DNA of 64,000 nucleotides. Origin: Ylistrum balloti (taxonomy: Eukaryota). Position numbers and translations under genes: made by a program. Under the pieces are notes generated by a model, which saw only the letters and a list, made by a program, of their open reading frames with translations, did not search any database and was not told where the DNA came from. The DNA lies in NCBI RefSeq assembly GCF_031769215.1, contig NW_026782330.1:496001-560000 (forward strand), given 5' to 3'. How positions within the stretch are numbered: the first letter of the stretch is position 1; each line of letters starts with the position of its first letter. Shown piece by piece: positions 1-12,907 of this stretch.

Positions 1-405
1 TGAAAAAAAATTTATATTATCTTGTTAAGTTTTTTCATACTAATGTAACAGTGTCAAAATTATTATATTGATTGTCAAATTCTGTTGGATATAAAATATA
101 TTTATTTGTTTGTAAGTACAATATACTGAATTGCCTGTTTTTGTATATTATTCTTAAAACTCACGTTACATTTTGCCTGTTAATGTATACTGGTATGTAT
201 ACCAGGTATAGTGCGAGCACATTTCTTTGTTTGAACTTTGTACATATGTATGTGTGCTGTATGTGAGTTGTGGTCAGCTACAGACTGGACAAGACAATGA
301 CACATGACAGACTTTGACGAAGTTGTTAGATTGGTTGAAAGTTTCTGTTTTGTGGGTTTCTTTTATTGTCCTTAGCACTTCATTACATTTGAATTCTATC
401 TCTTT

Positions 406-2004
406 GAGTTAATGGTAGAATTAGTTTGTCAGTAAGTGTAATTGTTCTATAGTTAACAGTAGAATTAGTTTGTCAGTAAGTGCAATTAGTGTAATTGTTC
501 TATAGTTAACGGTAGAATTAGTTTGTCAGTAAGTGTAATTGTGCTATAGTTAACAGTAGAATTAGTTTGTCAGTAAGTGCAATTAGTGTAATTGTTCTAT
601 AGTTAACAGTAGAATTAGTTTGTCAGTAAGTGTAATTAGTGTAATTGCTCTATAGTTAACAGTAGAATTAGTTTGTCAGTGAGTGTAATTGTTCTACAGT
701 TAACAGTAGAATTAGTTTGTCAGTAAGTGTAATTAGTGTAATTGCTCTATAGTTAACAGTAGAATTAGTTTGTCAGTAAGTGTAATTAGTGTAATTGTTC
801 TATAGTTAACAGTAGAATTAGTTTGTCAGTAAGTGTAATTAGTGTAATTGCTCTATAGTTAACAGTAGAATTAGTTTGTCAGTAAGTGTAATTGCTCTAT
901 AGTTAACAGTAGAATTAGTTTGTCAGTAAGTGTAATTAGTGTAATTGCTCTATAGTTAACAGTAGAATTAGTTTGTCAGTAAGTGTAATTGTTCTATAGT
1001 TAACAGTAGAATTAGTTTGTCAGTAAGTGTAATTAGTGTAATTGTTCTATAGTTAACAGTAGAATTAGTTTGTCAGTAAGTGTAATTAGTGTAATTGTTC
1101 TATAGTTAACAGTAGAATTAGTTTGTCAGTAAGTGTAATTAGTGTAATTGTTCTATAGTTAACAGTAGAATTAGTTTGTCAGTAAGTGTATTATTAGTAA
1201 GTGTAATTGTAATTCTCTATAGTTAACAGTAGAATTAGTTTGTCAGTAAGTGCAATTAGTGTAATTGTTCTATAGTTAACAGTAGAATTAGTTTGTCAGT
1301 AAGTGTAATTAGTGTAATTGTTCTATAGTTAACAGTAGAATTAGTTTGTCAGTTAGTGTAATTGTTCTATAGTTAACAGTAGAATTAGTTTGTCAGTAAG
1401 TGTAATTAGTGTAATTGTTCTATAGTTAACAGTAGAATTAGTTTGTCAGTAAGTGTAATTAGTGTAATTGTTCTATAGTTAACAGTAGAATTAGTTTGTC
1501 AGTAAGTGTAATTGTTCTATAGTTAACAGTAGAATTAGTTTGTCAGTAAGTGCAAGTTTGTCAGTAAGTGTAGTGTAATTGCTCTATAGTTAACAGTAGA
1601 ATTAGTTTGTCAGTAAGTGTAATTGTTCTATAGTTAACAGTAGAATTAGTTTGTCAGTAAGTGCAATTAGTGTAATTGCTCTATAGTTAACAGTAGAATT
1701 AGTTTGTCAGTAAGTGTAATTGTTCTATAGTTAACAGTAGAATTAGTTTGTCAGTAAGTGTAATATAGTTGTAGAATTAGTTTGTCAGTAAGTGTATAGT
1801 TAACAGTAGAATTAGTTTGTCAGTAAGTGTAATTGTTCTATAGTGCAATTGTGTAATTGCTCTATAGTTAACAGTAGAATTAGTTTGTCAGTAAGTGTAA
1901 TTGTTCTATAGTTAACAGTAGAATTAGTTTGTCAGTAAGTGTAATTGTTCTATAGTTAACAGTAGAATTAGTTTGTCAGTAAGTGTAATTAGTGTAATTG
2001 TTCT
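406..2004. repeat. Minisatellite with mixed 44 bp and 53 bp units
   Basis: Unit tagttaacagtagaattagtttgtcagtaagtgtaatt(agtgtaatt)gttcta repeated about 30 times; the long unit carries an extra 9 bp duplication. Confidence 0.95.
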
Positions 2005-4241
2005 GTATTACCGTAATGATTACTATTATCTCTTTAAAGTTATATTTTTGTTTAAAGCGATACTATTTTCACTTATTTGTTAAAGTTGTGATTTGTTGAA
2101 GTTTGAATTGTAAGTGGATGTCATATGTGTGACAGTCTGATTTAATTTCATTCTATAATGTTTCAGAATCAATCACACTCTCTCTCTCGTTCTCTTTTAA
2201 TAAAAGTAAACATAACAAGACCCCTGCGACTTTGTTTTTATCATACCGCTACATTTATACTTGAAATAACAATAAATCAGTCGAAGTGTCAAGAAAGACA
2301 ACTGAAGCGCCTATATATGCATCATTTGACACTTTTTTTGTAATTCAGAAAGTTTTGATAAAATATGTTGGGAGCTCTGAGGGAAAACGTCAGATTCCTG
2401 TAGAAACCCTGCCTGTGACTAGTGCATTTACACTTTCAGTTGCAATAGTAAACAAGCATTTTAATGTTTCTGAATATCAGCATGACAGTAGATTACTTGG
2501 AAGATATGTTCCTTTAGCTGTGTTATTGCAACATCCATTTCATGAATTGACCAACAACTCACACGTATGAAACGTACATCGAAACTATTGACCCGTGTCG
2601 TCTTGGTTTGATTTACATTGTCAATAAGCAGTCTAAAGATACATTCTGTGTGTATTCAAAGACAAATTATTTATATCACATTAGACAATATCTAAGGAAT
2701 ATCTTCTGAAAACATTTCTCAACCGCCTTTACCTGTCCAGTAGCTAGCGATCCGGTTCTCGCTTCCTGAATTGGTTAGCCTACTTTTTAGAGTAGCCTCC
2801 CCTGATATGGAGTGCGGAGCACGGAATAGGGCTGGACACAGCCAACAGGATGTTCCCCGCGACGTATTTCGAATGCATCCAGTGTACGCAATTTGATTTG
2901 TATATACAAATATGACGGCTATTTTCCGTTTTGAATGCAAGAGTTGAGCAAATATTCCCGATTTAGAGAGTTCTTCAGATTATCTGGCTTTGATAATATG
3001 CCGTTTCAGATACATGTCTTTTATACCATCGCGCCAGTCTGTGGATAGACACACAGACAATTGCATCAACGATAATCAGTGTTACACACAAAATGGTACT
3101 GTAACACAATTTCCGTATTTGTTATGAACTAAAAGACATTTATCTATTTTTATTTATTTATATCGATCGTTCTTTCATGGGGTAAACTAACGAACGTTTG
3201 CTTTACTGTGATGTACGCCAGATTGGTATGCAGAACCAATATTGTCAAGATGCGCGATAATACATTATCTCGGTCATAAAATAGAAGCATTTTTGGCGAG
3301 GATGAAGAAATAAAAAATGGCGAGTTTCTAGCGAGCCACTCTTTTTCTTTCTGTCCGAGCATAAATGTAGCTTATATTTTAAGACACTGACAATGTATTA
3401 GGCCTGTATCAATCTTGCAACAATACTGATAATAAAATATGTTTAAATCACAAGGACAAATCGCTTATTACCACAACCATTTATATTTCTGAATGTAATA
3501 TTTAAGTAAATTCAGTGAGTGTTTCTGTCGAACTATTGCAAGTGCTCAAAATACAGCTGTTTCCGTCAGTGCCGAATACAGCAAAAAAACATGTGGCATG
3601 CGTATTCCGACAATGGCGGTGCCAGTTGCAGGATAAATTTCGTCCATAAGCTGGAATCAGAAAACACGTTTTATCTGCAGTTAGCTATTTAAAAAGCGAA
3701 AGGGAAAACTGAGCGCATGAAAGTTGATATATTTAACTTGGAACCGTTTTTTTTTAAGAATCTATGTCGAACGGGTTTTAAGCGTATTGTGATGCAAGGG
3801 AAGTGATAATATTATCTAATGTAATTAGTTCCGACGTTATTTATTATATCATTTTTTATTTTTTCTTTCTAGATACACGTTTATAGAACGTCTACTATCG
3901 ACCGTAAGGTAATTTTTATGTACCGCGGCAATAGTTGAAAAAATGTATTCGGCGGCCTGGGTCATTTCGGGTGGACTTTCGGACCGTACGCTCCCTGCCG
4001 TTCCGTCTCCGTACGGTGATGCTTTATTAAATACTTAATGCGTTTCTATGCACAAAAACATGAAAGGATATTATCAATGCCTCATTAGACGTTGTTTGCT
4101 GTATTTTTTTATCATTTTGAACTGAAATGTAGAACATACGTCAGCTTTCTCTTCTGTTTTTTGTATCATCAGAGCAATCCAACTTAGGGATTACTCCCTA
4201 TTCACAGAACACCAGGTGGCGCATAATGCACAATATACAAA

Positions 4242-7200
4242 ATGGCACAGACCGTGTTTCTTCTTATGGCTGGTGGGCAAATCGAATCGGCAGAGGTGAT
4301 TATTTCATGGTGGCACCTAACGTTGTATTTATCTTCAATATGAAATTATTTGGTTATAGTAAGGGCAAAATATTGATTACGTGTGATTGATAAATATGAT
4401 AACTAACGATAAATATTTGGCGATAAAACGTAAACAAGCTTGCACATGTTTGATGTCATAGCTGACAGTTCAAATAATTTGGTTTATATATATCAGAATT
4501 ATCACTGTCTGGTGTCATTTTGAACTGTAACTGTATGATATGTAACAGTTCATTTTGAGACAGATAAATCTGAATATAGTATAGAGTTCTTGCAATTAAT
4601 TGTCAGCTGTTCAGAGGTGGGATAGTTCATCGTCTTTCAATAACCTCATGATGGTTAAATATTTTGTGAATTTATTCCTTTATATACAATGTACGTGCAT
4701 TTCATTCGTAGTTGAGACTAGTCCTAATTATTCTGACATTATATCAAGTCGATTGAATGTCAGTACAGGTAAGTTTATACATTGTATAAATGTAGCAGAA
4801 CTGGACTGGCCTGTGTTGGTCGTCGTCGACCATGTTCCGTCCAGAATTCAATAGCTATAAAAAGCCAGTATATACATTGTTATAGCACTTCTTAGATATT
4901 TTATTGACAGAATGTCAAACTCCTGTGGTAATAAATTCTATAACATATGGATTATTTAAGCAATAAAAATCAGTTCAGTCCTTATATTCATCATTTCTAA
5001 TACTTTCCAATATCCTGATTCCTTTGTCATTGCATGAGCTGGTTTTACATCATAACACTTAACATCATAGCTACAGCTGTATTCTATACATGTACAATGG
5101 TAAATATTGAATATAAAGATAGCATTTTGATTGAAGTCAAGGATTTCTTCAGAAATATTTTTTTATGTGAGATGAATCTGACTATAAGTGATTTAGATTG
5201 ATTTATCTCAGTCCATTCTGTAACAAAGTCACTTTCAAAGCAAAAACAGACTGGGTTTTCTCATACATTATAGTGTCAAGATTAACTTAAATCTTTCTCA
5301 ACATGTTTCCCTTTCAGATTCTTCTATTCTGTGAGATTACCCCCCTTTGTGGTTATATGCCAAGAGTATTTATCATGATATCATTTTAATGATAATGTTA
5401 CTTAGCACTAAATATCATGTAGAGATACCAAACAGACTGGACAAGAATCTGGCACTTTGTAGTGCATGGTATTTCCTTGTCTCATGAATGAGAATTAATA
5501 TTATAGATATGTATTGATTATTTTAATTTGTGAATTTACGATTTAAATTATTTTGTCTTTTCAGTTTCCAGAGTTTGATGATATATATTGTAAATACTGC
5601 TTTACGTATGGATCTGATTGGTTAATAACTTCGGTGAGTCAGTGAAAAAGAGATTAGCTAAAATTTATATACTTTATATGTCTATGGGTCCATGATGAAA
5701 GATTTTGTAGATGCTGTTTGTGTTAATAAATTTTGAAGGAATGTATTAAATGTTATAGTTTTATGCATCCATCATAAAATTTTATTTGTCCAGAGATCTT
5801 GTAATACAATTTTAACCATATTTAATAATAACAATGACTTGGAATTTTGCATCCTTTTATGGCAGTGATTCAATTGTATTTGTAAGTTATTGCCCCATGT
5901 TTTACTATGTAAATCTTGGAAAGAGATCTCTCCCATTTTTCAATGAGTTTCTTTCAATCTTATAGGTTTAGTAATTAACAATGATATGAAGTTTTGTTTG
6001 CCTTAATTGCAGTTTGCTTCAACTGAGTTACTGCCCCTTGTTCTTTTCATATTGCTGTTATTGTCCAGATATCTCATCCTAGTTTCCCAATTTCTTTCAG
6101 ACTTGGTAGGCTTTATAATTATGACTTGGAATTCTGTTTCCTACACAGCAGTTTTATTTAGTAATTTAAGAAGGAGTTATTGCCCCTTCTTTAGCTTTTT
6201 GATTATGTACAGAAATCTCCCATCAATTTTTTCCCATTTGTCTTTGTAGGTAGCTTTTGTAAAAAGAATAATTAGTTGACACTGTTTGTCCATTTGAAAA
6301 AAACTATTTGAATGTTCATTATTTGATGGAAAGGAATATTTGTAAGTTTTTAGAATTCACTTTGAATTAACAATAAGATTCCTAATTGAGTTGGAGACAA
6401 CCAATGTTCCAGTTGCCTTCCATCATAGATCAGTTCTTGAAGGAATCACAGATGGATGAGAAATAGGATAAACTACAGTTACATGCATTTTGAAATGTTT
6501 ATGTTTTCTTAATGTCCTATGAATCTCAATTTTTTGAAATTTGCAGGGTTTGGAAGAAGGCATCACACAAATAACTAAGAAGAGTAAAGATGAGAGACAA
6601 GAGTTTGTGTGGAACTTTCCCCTAGATATCACATTTAAGAGTACCAATCCGCATGGATGTAAGTTAACAATTCTGATATATAGTCACAGTATTGCTTTTT
6701 CCTGACAAAACAAACATTATTCAAAGATTGATTTAGATAAAAAAGGAAGAAAGAAAGGAACTTGGGATAAACGTATTGCTGCTGTGATTACAGTTAGCTT
6801 GTGCAGTAGTCAGTAATTCATAGATAGTACATCAAAAGATTAGGGCAAGTAAGTAAGCTTTTATTAACACTTCCCAACCCTACTTATTATAAGAACAGTA
6901 TCAGTCCAGGACTTGGAGTCTCAGAAGTCATGGAATCTTTGAAGGTATTAGTTTATTAGGTCATCAGCCTGAAGGGTCATGATGTCCTATAACCATTGTG
7001 CTTCGTTGTCTGCCATGTGCTGTCCACCATGCATAAACATTTGACGGACTTCTTCTAAAGTTTCGACCATGGAATTGAGTTTAATTTAATTCATGTCTTG
7101 GGCCACCATTAATGTAATTTATGTCCCAGGGCAATCATTATTGTAATTTATGTTTCAGGGTCACCATTATTGTAATTTATGTCTCAGGGTCACCATTATT

Positions 7201-8744
7201 GTAATTTATGTCTCAGGGTCACCATTATTGTAATTTATGTCTCAGGGCCACCATTATTGTAATTTATGTCTCAGGGCCACCATTATTGTAATTTATGTCT
7301 CAGGGTCACCATTATTGTAATTTATGTCTCGGTGTCACCATTATTGTAATTTATGTCTCAGGGCCACCATTATTGTAATTTATGTCTCAGGGTCACCATT
7401 ATTGTAATTTATGTTTCAGGGTCACCATTATTGTAATTTATGTCTCAGGGTCACCATTATTGTAATTTATGTCTCAGTGTCACCATTATTGTAATTTATG
7501 TCTCAGGGTCACCATTATTGTAATTTATGTCTCAGGGTCACCATTATTGTAATTTATGTCTCAGTGTCACCATTATTGTAATTTTTGTCTCAGGGCAATC
7601 ATTATTGTAATTTATGTCTCAGGGTCACCATTATTGTAATTTATGTCTCAGGGTCACCATTATTGTAATTTATGTCTCAGTGTCACCATTATTGTAATTT
7701 ATGTCTCAGGGCGGTCACCATTAATGTAACCTATTCTCAGGGCCTCCAATTTTGTAATTTATGTTTCAGGGACACCATTGTTGTTATTTATGTCTCAGGG
7801 CCACCATTATGTAATTTATGTCTCAGGGCCACCATTATTGTAATATATGTCTCAGTGTCACCATTATTGATTTTTATGCCACAGGGCCACAACTTGTCAT
7901 TCACTGCTATGGAATTGATGTATTTGGACAAGATGTTGTGAGAGGTTATGGTATGTGCCATGTCCCCATCACACCAGGAAGGTGAGATATGAGATAACAA
8001 GAACAGAGTAAATAAGAAAATATCTCTTCAGTATTATTTATTACAGTGTTACTACATCACATCAAAATAAGTTTTCTCTCAAGATAGGTATTCTTTAAGG
8101 TCCAACTTGTAACTTAAACATCGAGAGTTTTGTTTCCCTCATAAAAGTTTTATGAATAGTTTTCTAAAGTTTTATGAACATAATCAAGAATTAGGACATA
8201 CTTGTAGTTGTAGAACTTGCCTATTTAGGTAATGTTGCCAGATATTTTACATCAATTTATATGCATTTATTGTTCAGTTTTTTTGTTTTTTACAGACACA
8301 AGCGGAAAATACCAATGTTTGTTCCAGAGTCCGCATCAGCACTTCAGAAATTCACAGCGTGGTTTCTAGGGCGACGACCAGAATTTGTTGATCCTAAGGT
8401 GGTTGCTCAAGGAGAAGGAAGAGAAGGTAAGTATCAGGATAAACACATTTTAATTCTAAACTGAAAATTTGTTGAGTTTGATTCAAATTAGCAAATTCTT
8501 AAAGTAAGAACATCCTAAGGAAAGATAACTTTGAATGATAGTAATAGTTTGGAAGTTATTTCTGAATCTGTTGTTTGTTTCCTTTCCAGTGACACGGGTG
8601 CGATCTCAAGGTTTTGTGACAGTGTCTTTCAATATTGTTTCAAAGGACATGAAAAAATTAGGTTATGACGTTATTCCATCTGAAGTTTCTACAACAGTTT
8701 TACCAGAAAATGTCGGCGTAGCCAAAGGACAGTCAGAGGCATAG
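4242..8744 (+). CDS. B9D1: B9 domain-containing protein 1 (ciliary transition zone, MKS module)
   Basis: Exons 4242-4295, 5565-5633, 6547-6658, 7885-7981, 8296-8426, 8590-8744, all GT-AG and in phase. Translation [31 protein letters not shown]..-[71 protein letters not shown] matches B9D1 as I recall it. Confidence 0.96.
7105..7890 (+). repeat. 29 bp minisatellite in B9D1 intron 3, ending at the exon 4 acceptor
   Basis: Unit tcagggtcaccattattgtaatttatgtc, about 26 copies; the last degenerate unit is tttttatgccacag|ggccac, the real acceptor. Confidence 0.93.
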
Positions 8745-8899
8745 TATCATCTTCACCAGGAAGCAATTTCAAATACTGCTTTTAAACCTGGCAAGAATCA
8801 TCATGTGTAAAACACTAGTTTTCTACATTCCATCTATAAGATTGTGGGTGTTCATTTTAAATTAAAATGACACTTAATGATAATTTGAACCAAACATTG

Positions 8900-9352
8900 T
8901 ATTGTTATGAAGTGCTTAGTTGTGTCAGTCCTAGATTAGTCATAAACTACCAAGTTTGTTTAAATGAATGACCTTGACCCTTTTCAAAGTCACAGTGGTC
9001 AAATATGTAAAATTGTTCAAATGACTTCTTCTTAATAACAAAATGCCCCAGGGTCATGATGTTTGGCCAATACCATGCTGGGATGAAGTGCTACTGAGTT
9101 TGTTCAAATGAATGACCTTGACCTTCATTCAAGATCACGAGTCAAATAGGCTAAACTTCAACAACAGACAGTGTTATCAGTTCCATTTAATTGAAAATCT
9201 TGCTTTCAAACTTAAGACACAATAAAAACTTCGTAAGGATGCATATATTAGTTCTGCTCTGTCTGCCCCAATGCTGGGACTGATGAACAAGTCGAAAACT
9301 GTAAAAAGCCTGAAGACCTGAGGTGATCGCAAAGGCCCATGGGCCTGTTGTT
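8900..9352 (-). mobile_element. Truncated non-autonomous Helentron/HINE-like element
   Basis: Reverse-complement core (tgaatgaccttgacc..) and 5' motif aggcccatgggcc shared with the element at 11617-12612. Confidence 0.6.
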
Positions 9353-10224
9353 AATAAAAGTAAGGAAAGTGTCCAAAACAATTTTATGATTACATGGTCA
9401 TGAACAGATATTCGTCCATCATGAATTAATTAGCTGTTAGTTTATCCAGATGTATTATGCTATGATACATATTTTGATGTTGTATGTGGGGAAATAGTAA
9501 GCCTGTTTGTTTTAAATCTTACATAAAACTGGTCTACTTCGGCCATTGTTTTAGCTTTTCAGCTCTAGCATCACACGTTTAGCCCACCTTTTATATCCCT
9601 CCTAGACACAGCAGAGTTTCCCCACATGCTGTTGTAAATCAGTAAATCATTGTCCAAACAACATTCTATCTGTCAAAAGAAAATGCATTTCTCGTTCCAA
9701 CTTTTCATTTTCAAGTGAATGTGCTACATGCTAGCAGCGGAAATAATCAATTTGTGTTTGCACCAAGCATGTCTTCGCAACAGTATATGGGATTAATTTA
9801 TGTTGGTTGTGAATATAACGGACTTGCCTAAATATGCATTCCGTTTATTTTTAAGTAGAAGGGATTTTAGATATTAATTAATTGAAAGTTTTCAGATATT
9901 AGTGGCAATAGATTTTTGCTATTTGTACTCTACATATATGTATTTCTCCGTCCATTCATGTCTACATTCTTTGTGAAACATGCAAAAAATGTGAAAACGC
10001 AACATTTTTATAGTTATAAATTATATGTAAATATAAGATAATTCAATAAATTAAGGTGTATACATTTGTAAAATAATATTCTGTGTTGTGTCATCTGTTT
10101 GTAATACCTGTTAACAAAGTCGTAGTGCAATGTGCTTGAGGACAATCTATAACAACTTACTTGTGAATCAGAGTAAGTGTGGAGAGACTGTAACTGCCAC
10201 ATACAGGTATGTAGCCTTTAGAGT

Positions 10225-11400
10225 AACAGTGAACAGGTAAATATACCATGGTTCATGATATATAGGAAAGTAAAGTGAACAGGTAAATATACCATGTATA
10301 TATTATATAGGAAAGTAAAGTGAACAGGTAAATATACCATGTATATATTATATAGGAAAGTAAAGTGAACAGGTAAATATACCATGTATATATTATATAG
10401 GAAAGTAAAGTGAACAGGTAAATATACCATGTATATATTATATAGGAAAGTAAAGTGAACAGGTAAATATACCATGTATATATTATATAGGAAAGTAAAG
10501 TGAACAGGTAAATATACCATGTATATATTATATAGGAAAGTAAAGTGAACAGGTAAATATACCATGTATATATTATATAGGAAAGTAAAGTGAACAGGTA
10601 AATATACCATGTATATATTATATAGGAAAGTAAAGTGAACAGGTAAACATACCATGTTCATGATATATAGGAAAGTAAAGTGAACAGGTAAATATACCAT
10701 GTTTATGATATATAGGAAAGTAAAGTGAACAGGTAAATATACATGTATATATTATATAGGAAAGTAAAGTGAACAGGTAAATATACCATGTTCATGATAT
10801 ATAGGAAAGTAAAGTGAACAGGTAAATATACCATGTATATATTATATAGGAAAGTGAAGTGAACAGGTAAATATACCATGTATATATTATATAGGAAAGT
10901 AAAGTGAACAGGTAAATATACCATGTTCATGATATATAGGAAAGTAAAGTGAACAGGTAAATATACCATGTATATATTATATAGGAAAGTAAAGTGAACA
11001 GGTAAATATACCATGTTCATGATATATAGGAAAGTAAAGTGAACAGGTAAATATACCATGTTCATGATATATAGGAAAGTAAAGTGAACAGGTAAATATA
11101 CCATGTATATATATTAGTAAAGTGAACAGGTAAATATACCATGTTCATGATATATAGGAAAGTAAAGTGAACAGGTAAATATACCATGTATATATTATAT
11201 AGGAAAGTAAAGTGAACAGGTAAACATACCATGGTTCATGATATACAGGTAAATATACCATGTTTATGATATATAGGAAAGTAAAGTGAACAGGTAAATA
11301 TACCATGGTTCATGATATACAGATAAATATACCATGTTTATGATATATAGGAAAGTAAAGTGAACAGGTAAATATACCATATATGTATTATTTAGGAAAG
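10225..11400. repeat. 45 bp minisatellite
   Basis: Unit aggaaagtaaagtgaacaggtaaatataccatgtatatattatat, about 26 copies; produces the spurious MVYLPVHFTFLYNIY ORFs. Confidence 0.95.
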
Positions 11401-11616
11401 TAAAGAACTCGGGGGAGAAAATAGAAATCGGGTTTCATATCCATATCCAGAATTAAAAAATCAAAAATATTGGTAAAGTTTCACTCTATCACACAAAAAC
11501 ATGTTGGGAGCACTGAAATAGCTTTAAAAACTCTTATTTAGGCAACAAAAATAACTCTAATTGAATCAGTACAATGTAGATTTACAAAACTTTTTGGATT
11601 CTCTTATCAGATGAAA

Positions 11617-12612
11617 AGACAAGAGGCCCATGGGCCTTAACGGTCATCTGACAAAAAGCAAGCCAAACCTAGAAAGTGGGTTGAGGTCATTCATTTGAAC
11701 AAACTTGGTAGCCTCTCCTCCAAGCATCTTACAGGCCCAATATCAGCACTCATGGACTTTTGCTTGTTGAGAAGAAGTCGTTTGTATATTTTAACATATT
11801 TGACCCCTGTGACCTTGAAAGTGGGTTGAGGTCATTCATTTGAATAAACTTGGTAGCCTTTCCTCCCAGCATGCTACAGACCCAATATCGGCACTCATAG
11901 ACTTTTGCTTATTGAGATGAAGTCCTTTGTATATTTTAACATATTTGACCCCTGTGACCTTGAAAGTGGGCCAAGGTCATTCATTTGAACAAACTTTGTA
12001 GGGCTCCATGCCAGCATGCTATGGGCCAAGTATTAGCCCCCTAGGCCTTCTAGTATTTGAGAAGAAGTTATTTAAAGATTTTGACATATTTGACCCCTGT
12101 GACCTTGAAAGTTGTTCAAGGTCATTCATTTAAACAAACTTGATAGCCCTTCATCCCAGCATGCCACAGGCACAATATCAGCAATCTGAGCCTTTTGGTT
12201 ATTGAGAAGTTGTTTAAAGATTTTAACATATTTGACCCCTGTGACCTTTAAAGTGGGTCAAGGTCATTCATTTGAACAAACTTGGTAGTCCTTCATCCCA
12301 GCATGCTACAGGCCTTATTTTAGTTGCCTGGGCCTTTTGATTACTGAGAAGTCCTTTGAAGATTTAAAGACATTTGACCCCTGTGACCTTGAATGAAGGT
12401 CAAGGTCATTCATTTGAACAAACTTGGTAGGGCTTCAGCAAAGCAAGCTACAGGCCAAATATTAGTTGCCTGGGCCTTCCAATTATTGAGAAGAAGTCGT
12501 TTGAATGAAAAGTTTACGGACGGCGCACGGCGGACGCGGCGCACGGCGGACGACGACGGACGAAGCATGATGACTATAGGTCATCGGACCCTTCGGGTCA
12601 GATGACCTAAAA
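11617..12612 (+). mobile_element. Non-autonomous Helentron-associated (HINE/pearl-like) element, apparently complete
   Basis: 5' acaagaggcccatgggcc; subterminal inverted repeats ggtcatctga (~11642) and tcagatgacc (~12598); about 6-7 tandem ~120 bp cores (tttgacccctgtgaccttgaaagtgggtcaaggtcattcatttgaac); (ggac/gacg)n microsatellite at ~12515-12560; 3' hairpin ggtcatcggacccttcgggtcagatgacc followed by an A-tract. Confidence 0.8.
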
Positions 12613-12907
12613 ATGCAGTGCCTAAAATTGATTGAATGTGAAAAACATTTCAGCATTTTTTATAAATGACATGATTTCACATAACACCGTCTTATTATAA
12701 ACAATTACTGTAGAAGGAATTCAGATGTGTTAGTTTCTGAATACAAGGTGGTGTTGTGTCCTAATGAAACGCTGTACAATGTGCAGATACTGCTAAAACC
12801 ATTTTACAGTGATGAGGATTTCAGAGTCATTCAGTTCATACCAGAGTGTTTGAGCCTCTGAATGTCGCGATGTCTTCCACTCAACAGAGGATTAGTTTGT
12901 ACTTGTA

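Noticed and set aside
3480-4040. CpG-rich block upstream of B9D1 as a possible MITE or X-box promoter
   Set aside because: No convincing terminal inverted repeats, target duplication or X-box could be located.
8296-8426. 131 nt B9D1 exon that appears to equal two vertebrate exons (63+68 nt from memory)
   Set aside because: It rests on recalled human exon sizes, and a single intron gain or loss is ordinary.
10218-11104. MVYLPVHFTFLYNIY repeat ORFs
   Set aside because: By-product of a 45 bp array.
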